A program made the position numbers and the translations under genes. Below are positions 51,579-61,600 of a stretch of DNA of 64,000 nucleotides, in pieces. Source of the DNA: a virus; the IMG/VR virus record IMGVR_UViG_3300028025_004617, positions 1 through 64,000 of that record; one strand, given 5' to 3'. The notes beneath the pieces are model-generated. The model saw nothing but the letters and a program-made list of their open reading frames with translations. It was not told the origin of the DNA and did no database searches. The number at the start of each line of letters is the position of its first letter. Position 1 is the stretch's first letter.

Positions 51579-52952
51579 TTATTTATTTGCTAATTCTTGT
51601 CTTCTTTTAAATGCTTCTGCCGCTCGGTTAGCGTTGATTTGTGTTTTTTGTTCCTCGTGACCTAATAAGGTATTTTGTGATTCGGTATCAATTTCCAAAT
51701 ACTCGTTGTTAAACTTGCAATTTTGGAATACTACACCATCTTTACCAATACGAGATTTAAGTAATGTTAAGGTTGCTAAATTATGTTCTTTTTGTTCTAA
51801 TGTTTTACCAATAGATAAGATAACGTGAGCAATTTGAGCTTTCTTAATTGAACCTCCCATTTGGTCTCCTGTAACTACCTCACTAGCTATCGATTCTCTA
51901 TTACCTTGTGTGGCTGTCCAAATAGCCATATCAAATTCACCAGTCATTGATTCTAAACTTCTCATTACCGAACCTTCTCCTTTCCATTCATCACCATTGG
52001 TTGATTTGTCTGATGAGATACAATCCACGTAATCTAAAACTAACAAATCAATTTTAGTACCTTCTGAATTCATTTTTCTGATTTTATTTTTAATTTCAGA
52101 AACGGTAACATTATCACTTGCCAATTTTAATAATTTAATACTACCTTTTGAACGTTGTTGAGCTTCCTCAATTTTAGCCTTAACTTCCTCAACATTATCT
52201 GGTTGTGAATCAGGTGCAATACCTGTCCAAATCGTATAGTGTTTTCTTTTAATGTTACCCGGATTATCTTCAAAGAAAATCTGAACAACGTTGTAACCTA
52301 AGTTATAAGCTGTATTCGCAAACTTAGTAAGTAAGGTAGTCTTACCAGTACCTGTTGGTGCTAATACAATACCTAATTCTCCGATTCCCAATCCACCTTT
52401 AAGTAAGTTGTCAATTCCAACAATACCTGTCGGTAATGGGTGTCTAAAGTCTTTTTCTAACGCTTCGTCAATACCATGGAATACGTCGGTTGCATCATCA
52501 TTTGAAATACCTACTTGAAGTGCTCTTTGGATGATTTGTTCAATCTTATTATAAGATTCAAAATCTCCATTATCGATAATACTTTGTACTCCTTTTAATT
52601 CCTTTTTTAAGTTTTGTTGTTTACAAAAGTTAAGAGCCGTGTCCTTAACATAGTCAACTTGTTGTTCGTTGTTTTTAATTGCATCTAATGTATCCGCGTG
52701 TGATTTAGATGAGGTGTTATTACCACCTTCCGCCATAATTTTCTGTGCAATTGTATTGTAATCGGGTATTTTATTATAGTTTTTATATAACTCCTTCATA
52801 TTTTCCATAATGAATTTAAATGAGTTATTGTCAAAAAACTTACTCTCTAATACGTCGATGATTGTTTCTCCATATTTTTTATCTTCAATGATTGCCTTCA
52901 ATAAAGATTGTTGAAACGAAAATCCTAAATGCCCAAAATTTCTCTCTTCCAT
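51579..52952 (-). CDS. Replicative DnaB/gp41-like helicase
   Basis: APTGTGKT Walker [19 protein letters not shown]. Confidence 0.9.
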   Translation of the reverse strand: MEERNFGHLGFSFQQSLLKAIIEDKKYGETIIDVLESKFFDNNSFKFIMENMKELYKNYNKIPDYNTIAQKIMAEGGNNTSSKSHADTLDAIKNNEQQVDYVKDTALNFCKQQNLKKELKGVQSIIDNGDFESYNKIEQIIQRALQVGISNDDATDVFHGIDEALEKDFRHPLPTGIVGIDNLLKGGLGIGELGIVLAPTGTGKTTLLTKFANTAYNLGYNVVQIFFEDNPGNIKRKHYTIWTGIAPDSQPDNVEEVKAKIEEAQQRSKGSIKLLKLASDNVTVSEIKNKIRKMNSEGTKIDLLVLDYVDCISSDKSTNGDEWKGEGSVMRSLESMTGEFDMAIWTATQGNRESIASEVVTGDQMGGSIKKAQIAHVILSIGKTLEQKEHNLATLTLLKSRIGKDGVVFQNCKFNNEYLEIDTESQNTLLGHEEQKTQINANRAAEAFKRRQELANK

Positions 52953-52979
52953 GTGTTTATTTTATAATGTGTGTTTAAA

Positions 52980-53436
52980 TTACAATTGATAATTCAAGTA
53001 TGTGGTTTCCAATTCTTCCGAAGACAAGATGTCAGTTAAGTCTGACAAAATACGCTTCAATTTTGGACGAATATCAACAGTATACCTAACCTTTGGATGG
53101 TAGTAATATGCTGGAAATATTCTTTGAATAAATACATCTTCATTCAACTTAATTTCCAATAAAAAATGTTCTCTGTCCTTCTCGGGGGGCATCTTCCACA
53201 TAGTCCGAAGATAGGAAATAATTTTGATTTTCACACAAATAATCGGAACTTTTTATTTTTAAATCTTCAGAAATATCCTCACAAATATTTTTTACGTAAT
53301 AATGAAGATCCATAGAACGTCTCGCGTCTTCCACATGATCCTTAACGTTAAAGAATCGTTGACAAATGATGTTTCCCTCTAATGTTAATAGGAATTCAAA
53401 TTTTGTGATGTCTTGTTGTTGTTGGTAGTTACTCAT
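52980..53436 (-). CDS. Single hypothetical gene (~151 aa) split by a +1 frameshift at a C6 run
   Basis: ORFs 53149..53436 and 52980..53234 join at GAT GCC CCC C GAG (53184-53189); the halves share a FLL..QR(F/I)F motif. Confidence 0.6.
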
Positions 53437-54451
53437 AACTTTTGATTTTAATTATTTTTTTTTTATTTTTTTCTTTTGTTGTTAATCGAAGGAATGGGTT
53501 TAAGAAATTAACGAATCCATCGTCTGATTTTGGTAATAGACTAAAAATTCCGTCGTCCCTCATCATTCTCATAGCATTTTTGTAAGACCTACCTTCTTGG
53601 TCCAAATTTTCATTTATTAGTAAATCTATGTTTTCTTTAGCCTCATCGGTTAAAAATGGTTCTTCCAAACTTACGATACGATTGTTTATATCAAAAAACT
53701 CCTCACCTAATACACCATATTTGGTAACACCTGTTAGTAAATTTGCAATAAGTTTGTTGTGTTTGTCTTGTTGAAAGATTTCCTCACATTTGTTCTTAAC
53801 TTGTTCAACAGAAATTTGTTCTGTTTTTAGTTCAGGGAAAACAGATAAGAATCTTTTTACTCCCATTCCTCTTATGCCAGCAATGTTGTCTGAAGAGTCA
53901 CCACACATCATCTTAACCAATTTAACATTTTCGATTAAGATTTCCTCGTGGTTATAAACAATTGTATCGTTTTGTTTGTAAAGTTTTCCGTGTGACGGAT
54001 TGTAAATTTGTGTATTTTTTGAAACGAGTTGTGTAAGGTCTCCGTCTGAAGAATAAACTATTTTGTTTTCTTTAGGGGAATTTTGAGTATAGTAAGCGAT
54101 GTTGTCATCTGTCTCACAATACTCATATTCTCCTTGTCTTACAAATAATTCCTCAAGATATTGTTTCACTCTATCTCTTTGGTAAGAGTAAGAACTAATC
54201 TCTTCTTCAGAACGGAGTCGTGATTTTCTGTTTTCTTTGTAAGGTGCGTAAATTTTTTTACGAGTTTGAGAACCTTCCAATCCATCCCAAAATACTACTA
54301 TCTTGTCTAAATTGTACGTCTCAAATGTTCTTCTAAGAGTATTAAGAAAATGATATATTCCTCCAATATGTTCTCCCTTATGAAAGGCGTTTTTAACGCC
54401 ATAGAAACCAATCGTAAGTAAATTGTCACCATCTACTAATAAAACAGACAT
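53429..54451 (-). CDS. 5'-3' exonuclease / flap endonuclease (T4 RNase H, PolI N-domain-like)
   Basis: LLVDG, YKENR, ETDD, DGDLTQL, GDSSDNIAGI. Confidence 0.9.
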   Translation of the reverse strand: MSVLLVDGDNLLTIGFYGVKNAFHKGEHIGGIYHFLNTLRRTFETYNLDKIVVFWDGLEGSQTRKKIYAPYKENRKSRLRSEEEISSYSYQRDRVKQYLEELFVRQGEYEYCETDDNIAYYTQNSPKENKIVYSSDGDLTQLVSKNTQIYNPSHGKLYKQNDTIVYNHEEILIENVKLVKMMCGDSSDNIAGIRGMGVKRFLSVFPELKTEQISVEQVKNKCEEIFQQDKHNKLIANLLTGVTKYGVLGEEFFDINNRIVSLEEPFLTDEAKENIDLLINENLDQEGRSYKNAMRMMRDDGIFSLLPKSDDGFVNFLNPFLRLTTKEKNKKKIIKIKSYE

Positions 54452-54463
54452 TAAATAAATTTA

Positions 54464-55444
54464 TTATAAATCACTTTCCTCTGTTACAACTTGTGTGTCC
54501 AAGATGTCTGTAACATTAACACCTAATTGTTTACCGATGTACTCTCCGTTATCACGTTTGTACTCTTCGATAGAACGTTTTTCTTCAGTATCGTCTTTAC
54601 CATGCATAAATCCTTGTGGAGTTACCAAGATACGACCATCCTCATATCCACCACCATTGATGTGGTTCTTACTGATTGAGATTTTGGTACGTGTTGCGAT
54701 TCTGATTTTTCTCTTATCTTTAGTGATAGAGATTTTGGTAGTTCCCGCACCTTTTTGGTTACCAAATAAGAACACTAATGATGAGTTTAACCAAATGGCT
54801 TCACCACCTTTAGCTTTAATTTTTGGTTGTCCAAAAGGATTGTCAGGTAATTCTACCCAAGGTTGGTTAACGATAACCAAACTGTTTGTGTAAGGTTTAT
54901 CTGTTCTTCTTGAACCTGAAATACGTTGATTGATACCCATTCCAATTTTATCTGCTAAAACAGATGCATTGTGTTGTTTACCACCTTTACCATCGTAAGT
55001 CATCTTACAAGGAACTGAACCAACTGAATCCCAAAGGAATAACATATCGTAAGGAATGTCTCCCTTTTCTTGAGCGTCCATTAATTCGTTAATGTAGTCT
55101 GTGATTTGTTCAATATATTCGAAATCACTATTGAAAAGATATTCACCATCTTTATCAAACCCCATTAATGTTGCGTGGTCCCAACTCCATTTTTGTTCTG
55201 TAATAATGAACACAGGAAGGATTCCTTTCTTTTGTGCGTCTACTGCTGTTTTTACTAAAGCCGTCGTTTTACCTGTATCACTATGTCCTAATAACATATT
55301 AATGTGACCCATTGCAGGACCTGGAATACCTGTGGCTTCCAAGAAGGCGTCTCCTAAATCGAAGAAACGGTCAGCTTTGTATTCGGCTTCTTTTGAGAAT
55401 TTCTTCTTGATTGCCGAAAAATCTGTTTTTTTAATTCCTGCCAT
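54464..55444 (-). CDS. RecA/UvsX-like recombinase
   Basis: GHSDTGKT, WDSVG, IVNQ, KGGEA. Confidence 0.88.
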   Translation of the reverse strand: MAGIKKTDFSAIKKKFSKEAEYKADRFFDLGDAFLEATGIPGPAMGHINMLLGHSDTGKTTALVKTAVDAQKKGILPVFIITEQKWSWDHATLMGFDKDGEYLFNSDFEYIEQITDYINELMDAQEKGDIPYDMLFLWDSVGSVPCKMTYDGKGGKQHNASVLADKIGMGINQRISGSRRTDKPYTNSLVIVNQPWVELPDNPFGQPKIKAKGGEAIWLNSSLVFLFGNQKGAGTTKISITKDKRKIRIATRTKISISKNHINGGGYEDGRILVTPQGFMHGKDDTEEKRSIEEYKRDNGEYIGKQLGVNVTDILDTQVVTEESDL

Positions 55445-55457
55445 TGTTTTGTGTTTA

Positions 55458-55484
55458 AAAATGGGGTGGATGTTTCACCACCCC
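55458..55484 (-). terminator. Hairpin (terminator or attenuator) between ssb and recA
   Basis: GGGGTGG-TGAAACAT-CCACCCC then ATTTTT. Confidence 0.6.
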
Positions 55485-55493
55485 GTGAAATAA

Positions 55494-56339
55494 TTAGAAT
55501 GGTAATTCTGAATCTACGTCGTCATCTTCTTGTGGGTCAACCACAGGTGTAGATGGTGTCTTTGGTGCTGAAATTACTTCTTCAGTTGTTAAATTAGAAA
55601 CCCATTTGCTGCTGTTAGAATCCCAACGTGGAACTTCACCCTTAGCAACCATTTCTAAATAATCCTCAGGTTTTTTAGAATAAACATCTGACCAAGTTAA
55701 TTCATTGTCTACCCATGTTTTTGCGACGTTTGCGTCTGTGTGTAACGGACCTGCGTCTTCAGGAATAACTGAATTAATAGTGGTGTACTCTTTACCTGTA
55801 CCCGCTTTAGTCAAAGCTAAAGACAAGATTAAATCACGACCATTTTCAAGATTGGTGATATCACCTTTGTTACGGAAAATTGGGAAGATTTTATCTAAAA
55901 TACCATCACCTTTGTGATTGTGTTTGAATCTCCAAAATTTAGGTCCGTCTTGTTCGTTATCACGATCAATAACTTTAACAATGTAGAACTTACGAGAACG
56001 ATAATTACGAGCCAATTCCTTATCAGAATCAACACCAGTCATCATCAAACCCTCATAAACTTCGTGTAATGGGGAACGTTTTCCCTCTTGTTTTGGGTCA
56101 TATAATTTAACCCATTTTCCATCGACTTGAACTTCGTGGAAGTAAACTTCAACAAATGGTGATGAACCATCTTTTGTTGGTAGAATACGAATACGTCTTT
56201 CTTCTCCCTTAGAACCCTTAGGTAATACTGTAGTGAAATAACGTTTTAATCTGTCCTCTGAGGACATTTTGTTTGCGGTGCCACTTGTGGCGTTTTTGCT
56301 TTTCTCGTACTGAGCGAGTACTGCATCAAATGTTGACAT
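55494..56339 (-). CDS. Single-stranded DNA-binding protein, gp32-like
   Basis: RIRILP..PF, GRDL, acidic tail DDDVDSELPF; position next to recA. Confidence 0.8.
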   Translation of the reverse strand: MSTFDAVLAQYEKSKNATSGTANKMSSEDRLKRYFTTVLPKGSKGEERRIRILPTKDGSSPFVEVYFHEVQVDGKWVKLYDPKQEGKRSPLHEVYEGLMMTGVDSDKELARNYRSRKFYIVKVIDRDNEQDGPKFWRFKHNHKGDGILDKIFPIFRNKGDITNLENGRDLILSLALTKAGTGKEYTTINSVIPEDAGPLHTDANVAKTWVDNELTWSDVYSKKPEDYLEMVAKGEVPRWDSNSSKWVSNLTTEEVISAPKTPSTPVVDPQEDDDVDSELPF

Positions 56340-56384
56340 GTTGTTAAAATTTAATTATTTAAATTGTTATACTAAAATATACAT

Positions 56385-56413
56385 AAAAAAACCCAGACTT
56401 GGAAATCTGGGTT
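56385..56413 (-). terminator. Intrinsic terminator
   Basis: AACCCAGA-8 nt loop-TCTGGGTT with a T tail on the minus strand. Confidence 0.7.
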
Positions 56414-56439
56414 AAAGTTTTTTAATATTTTTTTATTTG

Positions 56440-57360
56440 TTATACAAAAGGTGTGTCAGCACTCCATTCAGCACCATTGTTTTCTAAGTCATTGTATCCA
56501 GCAGCGTCGTAAACAGGGTTAGCAACTGAACCACCCAACAATAACAATTTAGTTGTTGCTGTTGTGGTTAATGGTTCGGTTGGAACCGTTAATGTTGAAC
56601 CTGTATAAATTGCTGAGTTATCCCAACGGAAGTTAGTTAAATAACCTGACCACCAGTTTGGAGAACCTGCTTCTGGATCATCAACACCCATATTTAAGTC
56701 AAATCCAGCGTTTACTGAATCAGTAATATTTCTATTATCATTTAATTTAGTTTCCGCTAAAGTTCCATCAATAAATAATTTAGTTGTTGTACCACTTCTA
56801 CAAATCGCAATGTGTGTCCAATCGGCTCCACTATTATATCCTGCTGGCATTGAACCATTTAATGCATTACCATATGGCCAAATATAACATGTTCCACCTT
56901 CAATTGAACATCCAATAGTTGCGGTTGTGTTGAATCCTAAAGAGAACACTCTTGGGAAGCTACTTCCACCAACACCTTTCTTCATGAACCATTCAATTGT
57001 GAAGTCACCTGTTCCTGGTAACCAGTTTACCACGTCAGCATTTAACGCTGTTACATATTGTGTACTACCATTAAATGTAATTGTACCTGAACCCTCAGCT
57101 GGTACTGTTGGGACTATAGGGTTAATACTACCCCAACTTATTACGTACTCATTTAAAGTACCCATAAATGGATTTCTAACGTTAACATTGTATCCATATG
57201 TTTCCATTAAATCATTTGCCATCGTGTCATTCATGTGTTGTCCACCAACAACTATTCTATATAAACCTTGTGCCGTAGCCCCAGAAACTAACTCACTAAT
57301 GTAAGAAAGTGAACCTGTTGTTGTATTTGAAGCGCTTAACGCAGCGGAACCTGATATCAT
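56440..57360 (-). CDS. LamG/ConA-like lectin domain virion protein
   Basis: GTGDFTIEWF, WTHIAICRSG..KLFIDG, GYLTNFR, TKLLL. Confidence 0.8.
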   Translation of the reverse strand: MISGSAALSASNTTTGSLSYISELVSGATAQGLYRIVVGGQHMNDTMANDLMETYGYNVNVRNPFMGTLNEYVISWGSINPIVPTVPAEGSGTITFNGSTQYVTALNADVVNWLPGTGDFTIEWFMKKGVGGSSFPRVFSLGFNTTATIGCSIEGGTCYIWPYGNALNGSMPAGYNSGADWTHIAICRSGTTTKLFIDGTLAETKLNDNRNITDSVNAGFDLNMGVDDPEAGSPNWWSGYLTNFRWDNSAIYTGSTLTVPTEPLTTTATTKLLLLGGSVANPVYDAAGYNDLENNGAEWSADTPFV

Positions 57361-57387
57361 CTTATTTTATATTTTTTTTAATTTATG

Positions 57388-57759
57388 TTATTCCATCGTA
57401 AATAGATACGCGTATTTGTTTACCAATCCTAAAAATTCATCTCTTAAGTTTAATAAATCCGTATCTGAAGGGTCAAGTTGTTCTGTAAATTGTACTAACG
57501 CCTCTCTAGTCGTATTAACTAAACCTTTAACATCTAACTCAGATAAATTTGATAATTCTATAGTTTTAGTTTCCTCATCCAAAACAAATCTACCATATTT
57601 ACCCATCGCCTGTTCAATATACTTGTCAATTAATGGAGTCAAATCGTCGTAGAAATTACCAAACGCCTCGTGTCTTGCAATACCTTTTGTTTGCCAATGA
57701 CATATTTTCATTTGATTTTGTAAACCTAAAAAAAAGTTTACATTAGAACTTATATTCAT
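57388..57759 (-). CDS. Ferritin/Dps-like protein (DUF5856-like)
   Basis: HWQT..ARHEAFG.FYD.L..LID..IE; LLNLRDE..YL. Confidence 0.75.
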   Translation of the reverse strand: MNISSNVNFFLGLQNQMKICHWQTKGIARHEAFGNFYDDLTPLIDKYIEQAMGKYGRFVLDEETKTIELSNLSELDVKGLVNTTREALVQFTEQLDPSDTDLLNLRDEFLGLVNKYAYLFTME

Positions 57760-58402
57760 CTTCTTCGTTTGAGTTAAATGATGTTTTTATATTTTCAACT
57801 GGATAATTTTCAACCTCATCTTTCGTTAAAACATACTCATTTTTACCACTTGCTCTCATTTCACCTTGTTTGTGTGCAAAGAACTCTTGTGGTTTTTCAT
57901 TAAATGGATATGAATCTAAAGAACGCATTTCAAGTTTTTCAACTTCAGTCTTTGGTTTGTTCGCCTCAACTGTTGCACCTAATTGGTCAATTTTAGACAT
58001 TACTTGGTCCATTTGTGCCAATTTTTGTTCTAAATCTGTTAATTTAGTGAACACATCGTCCATCTTAGTTATTACTTCGTTGTTTGAACCTGCACTATCT
58101 TCTTGGTCTTTTTTAACACTTTTAACCATGTTAACCAAATCAGTTATGTCAACTTCTTCCGTACTATCCATTTCAGGTGCAGGTGCGGCGTCCATTGGTG
58201 CAGCATCCATTGGTGCTCCGCCATCAGCAGTAGGTAATGCATTTGGGTCAGCGGCCGGATCCATAGGAGCGGCGGCAGGATCTAAAGCGGGGTCCAAAGC
58301 TGGATCTGCTGGAGGTGCATCTTGTTCCATTATCATCGTTTTACCATATTTGTTAATGGCTCTGTAACGATTTAATTCTTCTTGTAGTTTTTTCTCTAAC
58401 AT
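57743..58402 (-). CDS. Acidic Ala/Pro-rich putative head-associated protein
   Basis: LQEELNRY N-terminus, DPA repeats, coiled coil. Confidence 0.5.
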   Translation of the reverse strand: MLEKKLQEELNRYRAINKYGKTMIMEQDAPPADPALDPALDPAAAPMDPAADPNALPTADGGAPMDAAPMDAAPAPEMDSTEEVDITDLVNMVKSVKKDQEDSAGSNNEVITKMDDVFTKLTDLEQKLAQMDQVMSKIDQLGATVEANKPKTEVEKLEMRSLDSYPFNEKPQEFFAHKQGEMRASGKNEYVLTKDEVENYPVENIKTSFNSNEEDEYKF

Positions 58403-58405
58403 GGC

Positions 58406-58609
58406 TTAATCTTGTAATAATTGTCTACCGTCGTTGGTAATGTATTTTTTATTTATTCTTTCAACAATTCCGTCTTTTTCTCTAATTGTGTAACATTCTC
58501 CTGTTACCATATCACACTCTTCTCTTTCCATACCATCATTAGAAACTTTTCTAACTTGTTTTGGATTTAAAAAGTTATCCATTGTGTTATTTAATTTATT
58601 ATTTTCCAT
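58406..58609 (-). CDS. Small hypothetical protein
   Basis: 67 aa ORF with TATTTATA upstream. Confidence 0.6.
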   Translation of the reverse strand: MENNKLNNTMDNFLNPKQVRKVSNDGMEREECDMVTGECYTIREKDGIVERINKKYITNDGRQLLQD

Positions 58610-58653
58610 AATTTTCTGTTATATGTATAAATATCCCAAATTTGTTAATATTC

Positions 58654-61600
58654 TTAAATGATTTCAAAATATACAACATCACCATCTTGTACTTTTAAAT
58701 CTTTCATTAATTGTTTAGATAGAGCCAATCCGGATTTAACTCCTGTTGGTCCCGCATTAATTGGTCCTGTTATGTTATTAACGTTAATTTGTCCTGAACC
58801 AACTGGTGGTACGATTATTGGAGTTTTTATATCCTTTGGGTTATAAAACTTAGTCGTTCCTTTAATAATTAAATTTGGTTTAGCAACATCGAAATCAAAT
58901 TTTGTAGAATAGAAGTATCTTGTTGACCCCGATAAATCTTTCCAAGTAATTGGATTGGGTTCAATCGTATGTTCAGTTTGTCTCGAAATGATATTCATGG
59001 ATATTGTTTCTTTTATCTCATAATTTGGTCCACCCATGGTAATAACTTGGGCTCTTAAATAATTTTTTCCGTTGAAACTAACTTTTTGAATATACTTCTC
59101 TTCGTTGTATCCATTATATGGTACCCCATATTCTGTAACTCCTTGTTCTAATAATATTTTTTCACCATTTATGGCCTGTTTACTATCTCCCATATCAGAT
59201 AAGAATGTTTTACCATCACTTGTTGTGTATGTTTGTTCATTCTTTGTTGATCCAGTTGTTGTAGAATTTTCTTGTTCTTTAGTTTTAGCAATCGCAGTTC
59301 TTGTTATCTTGTCGAATAACACTCTATAACTCGATAGGAACGAATCCTTAGGATCAGGTAATGACGCATAAGGAATTCTCGTACCTTTAAATGTGGTTAC
59401 TATGTTATTATTTCTAATACTATGTGAAACTTCGGTTATCCAATATGAACCTCTAAACATAGGTACATTTTTTAAATAGAAATACATTGTTGGTTGAATC
59501 ATAACATTACCCATACATGTTACATCACAGGTATATGACGCTTGTCTGTATATGTCAAATAAACTTATGTCTATTTGATTTGCGGCCGCACCGCTTTCAG
59601 AACGACCCAAATTCTCAATAACATTAAACGATTCTGTAGTGTTTCTTATGGAAGTTTGGTCGAGTTGTACACTCTTAAAAATACCTTGATTTTGGTCACC
59701 AATACTTACCTCAAACGCAACTACCTTATTAGATTTAGCATAATCTCCTTGATTAAACACCTGTGGTGTTGTTATAACTAATGGACTACCTACTCCACTA
59801 AATAAGTTACCACTATCGTTTTTGAATTTATATTTTTCATTAATATCGGCCAACTCTAAATGTTTAGATGTTGGTCCTGTGTATTGAATAAGAATTTTAG
59901 GTGAAGAATCTTGGTAATCAACATCTAAGAATGTTCCAAATAAATTTTCAGCAATTTTCTTAGATGGTGTTATTCTAGATTTGGTCGATTCGTTTGTTCC
60001 GTAGAAATTAACATATGCCGGTAATCCCCTCATATCAAATCCCGTACCTTGTATTAACATTGATATTACACTATATAGATTCGCCTTACTATTTTTTGCG
60101 TCTTCTAATGGTAATAATTTTTCAAGTGAGAGATACGCTTGGTCTCCAATATCTTTATTTGCTTTATCTAAGAATAGAAATTCTTCCATTAAAGTCCTTT
60201 GTCCTAATGAATTACCTGCTACCCATTTATCGTTAAATGATTTAAAGTAATTATATAATTCTAATTTTAATGGAATGTCATTATATCCATTTACTATTGT
60301 AACCTCATTTTTACTATCTTTAACTGATAATGTGGATAATTTAGGTAATAGTTGTGTGAAATATTGTCCTAATCTTAATTCAGGTCCTCTCAGTATTTTT
60401 GTTTTTATGTAATCTTGAAAATCTCTTTTTGTTGGTGTGTATGAACCACCTTTACTTTTAACCCATCCTGCAAATATTAAAATCAATGGTCTAAATGTTA
60501 ATACATTTTCCTCACTTAATTCAATGTTATTAGTTACAAAGAAATTTTTATAACAATCTGTTGATGGTTCCCTACCTACATACAAATCAATATACATTTT
60601 ATTAGAACTATATTGTGATGAGTTGTACTCATTGTATTCAAATCTATTTACGTTATCTATTTCCGCAAAACCATTCCACACATTTGGTACTATTTCTTTT
60701 GGATTACCAATTGTTAGTTTTAATAAATTATCTGTTCCTAATATTTGTTGAGTTACTGATTCTAATTTTTTTAGTTGTTTTTCTTTTAGTGTTGTTACAA
60801 TTGCATTTACATCTGTATTATCGTTATTATCATCTTTATCTATGGTAACTAACGCCTTTAATAAATCTTGGAATTTATCATATTTTACAGAATGACTTTC
60901 AATTGTTTTTGTTTCACCACTAACAATTCCTGTTACGTTATAATCCGGAAATACTTTATATGGTATTTCCTCTTCCAATTTTTCCGTTGCAAAATCTAAA
61001 AAATACTCTTCAAATTTATCTAAAATTTGTGGACTAAATGTTGCAATTAAATCGTATATCTTTCTTTTTTCAGAAGTTACTAATGAATATTTGTCATCCT
61101 CGTCTTTATTTAAGTCGGTAAAGTAACTACCAGAATAATCGACCATATCAAAAAATAACGTTCCAAAATCATATGATTTGTTATATTCATCATAATCAAA
61201 GAATTTTTTACCATCATAATAATCCGTTACTGATTCATTATCATAACACCATAAAACTTTAAAATTTTTCTGTTCATTACCACTAGCAGTAAGTCCGTTA
61301 GTAAAACCATTCTTAGACCCACCTACTGAAGGTAACAATGTAAAATATTTGTCTGAAGATACTATTTTTGAGTTGTCTACAAAACTTGTGAAATATAAAC
61401 CATTATCACCAACAGGTTCTCTAACTACATTTATTGTTTTAGCGGTGTATGCATTATTAAATGACGCAGTACTACCAGTTGAAAATAGGAAATGTGAGTA
61501 CCCATTTACAATTTGATGGAATACGGAATCATATAATGGATGTAGACCGATTACATTTTGTAATGTGTAATTTACGTTCTCTCCAACATTAAATGTTAAA

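Noticed and set aside
48135-55444. Inteins or introns in nrdA, nrdB, helicase or recA
   Set aside because: Catalytic motifs are contiguous and protein lengths are normal.
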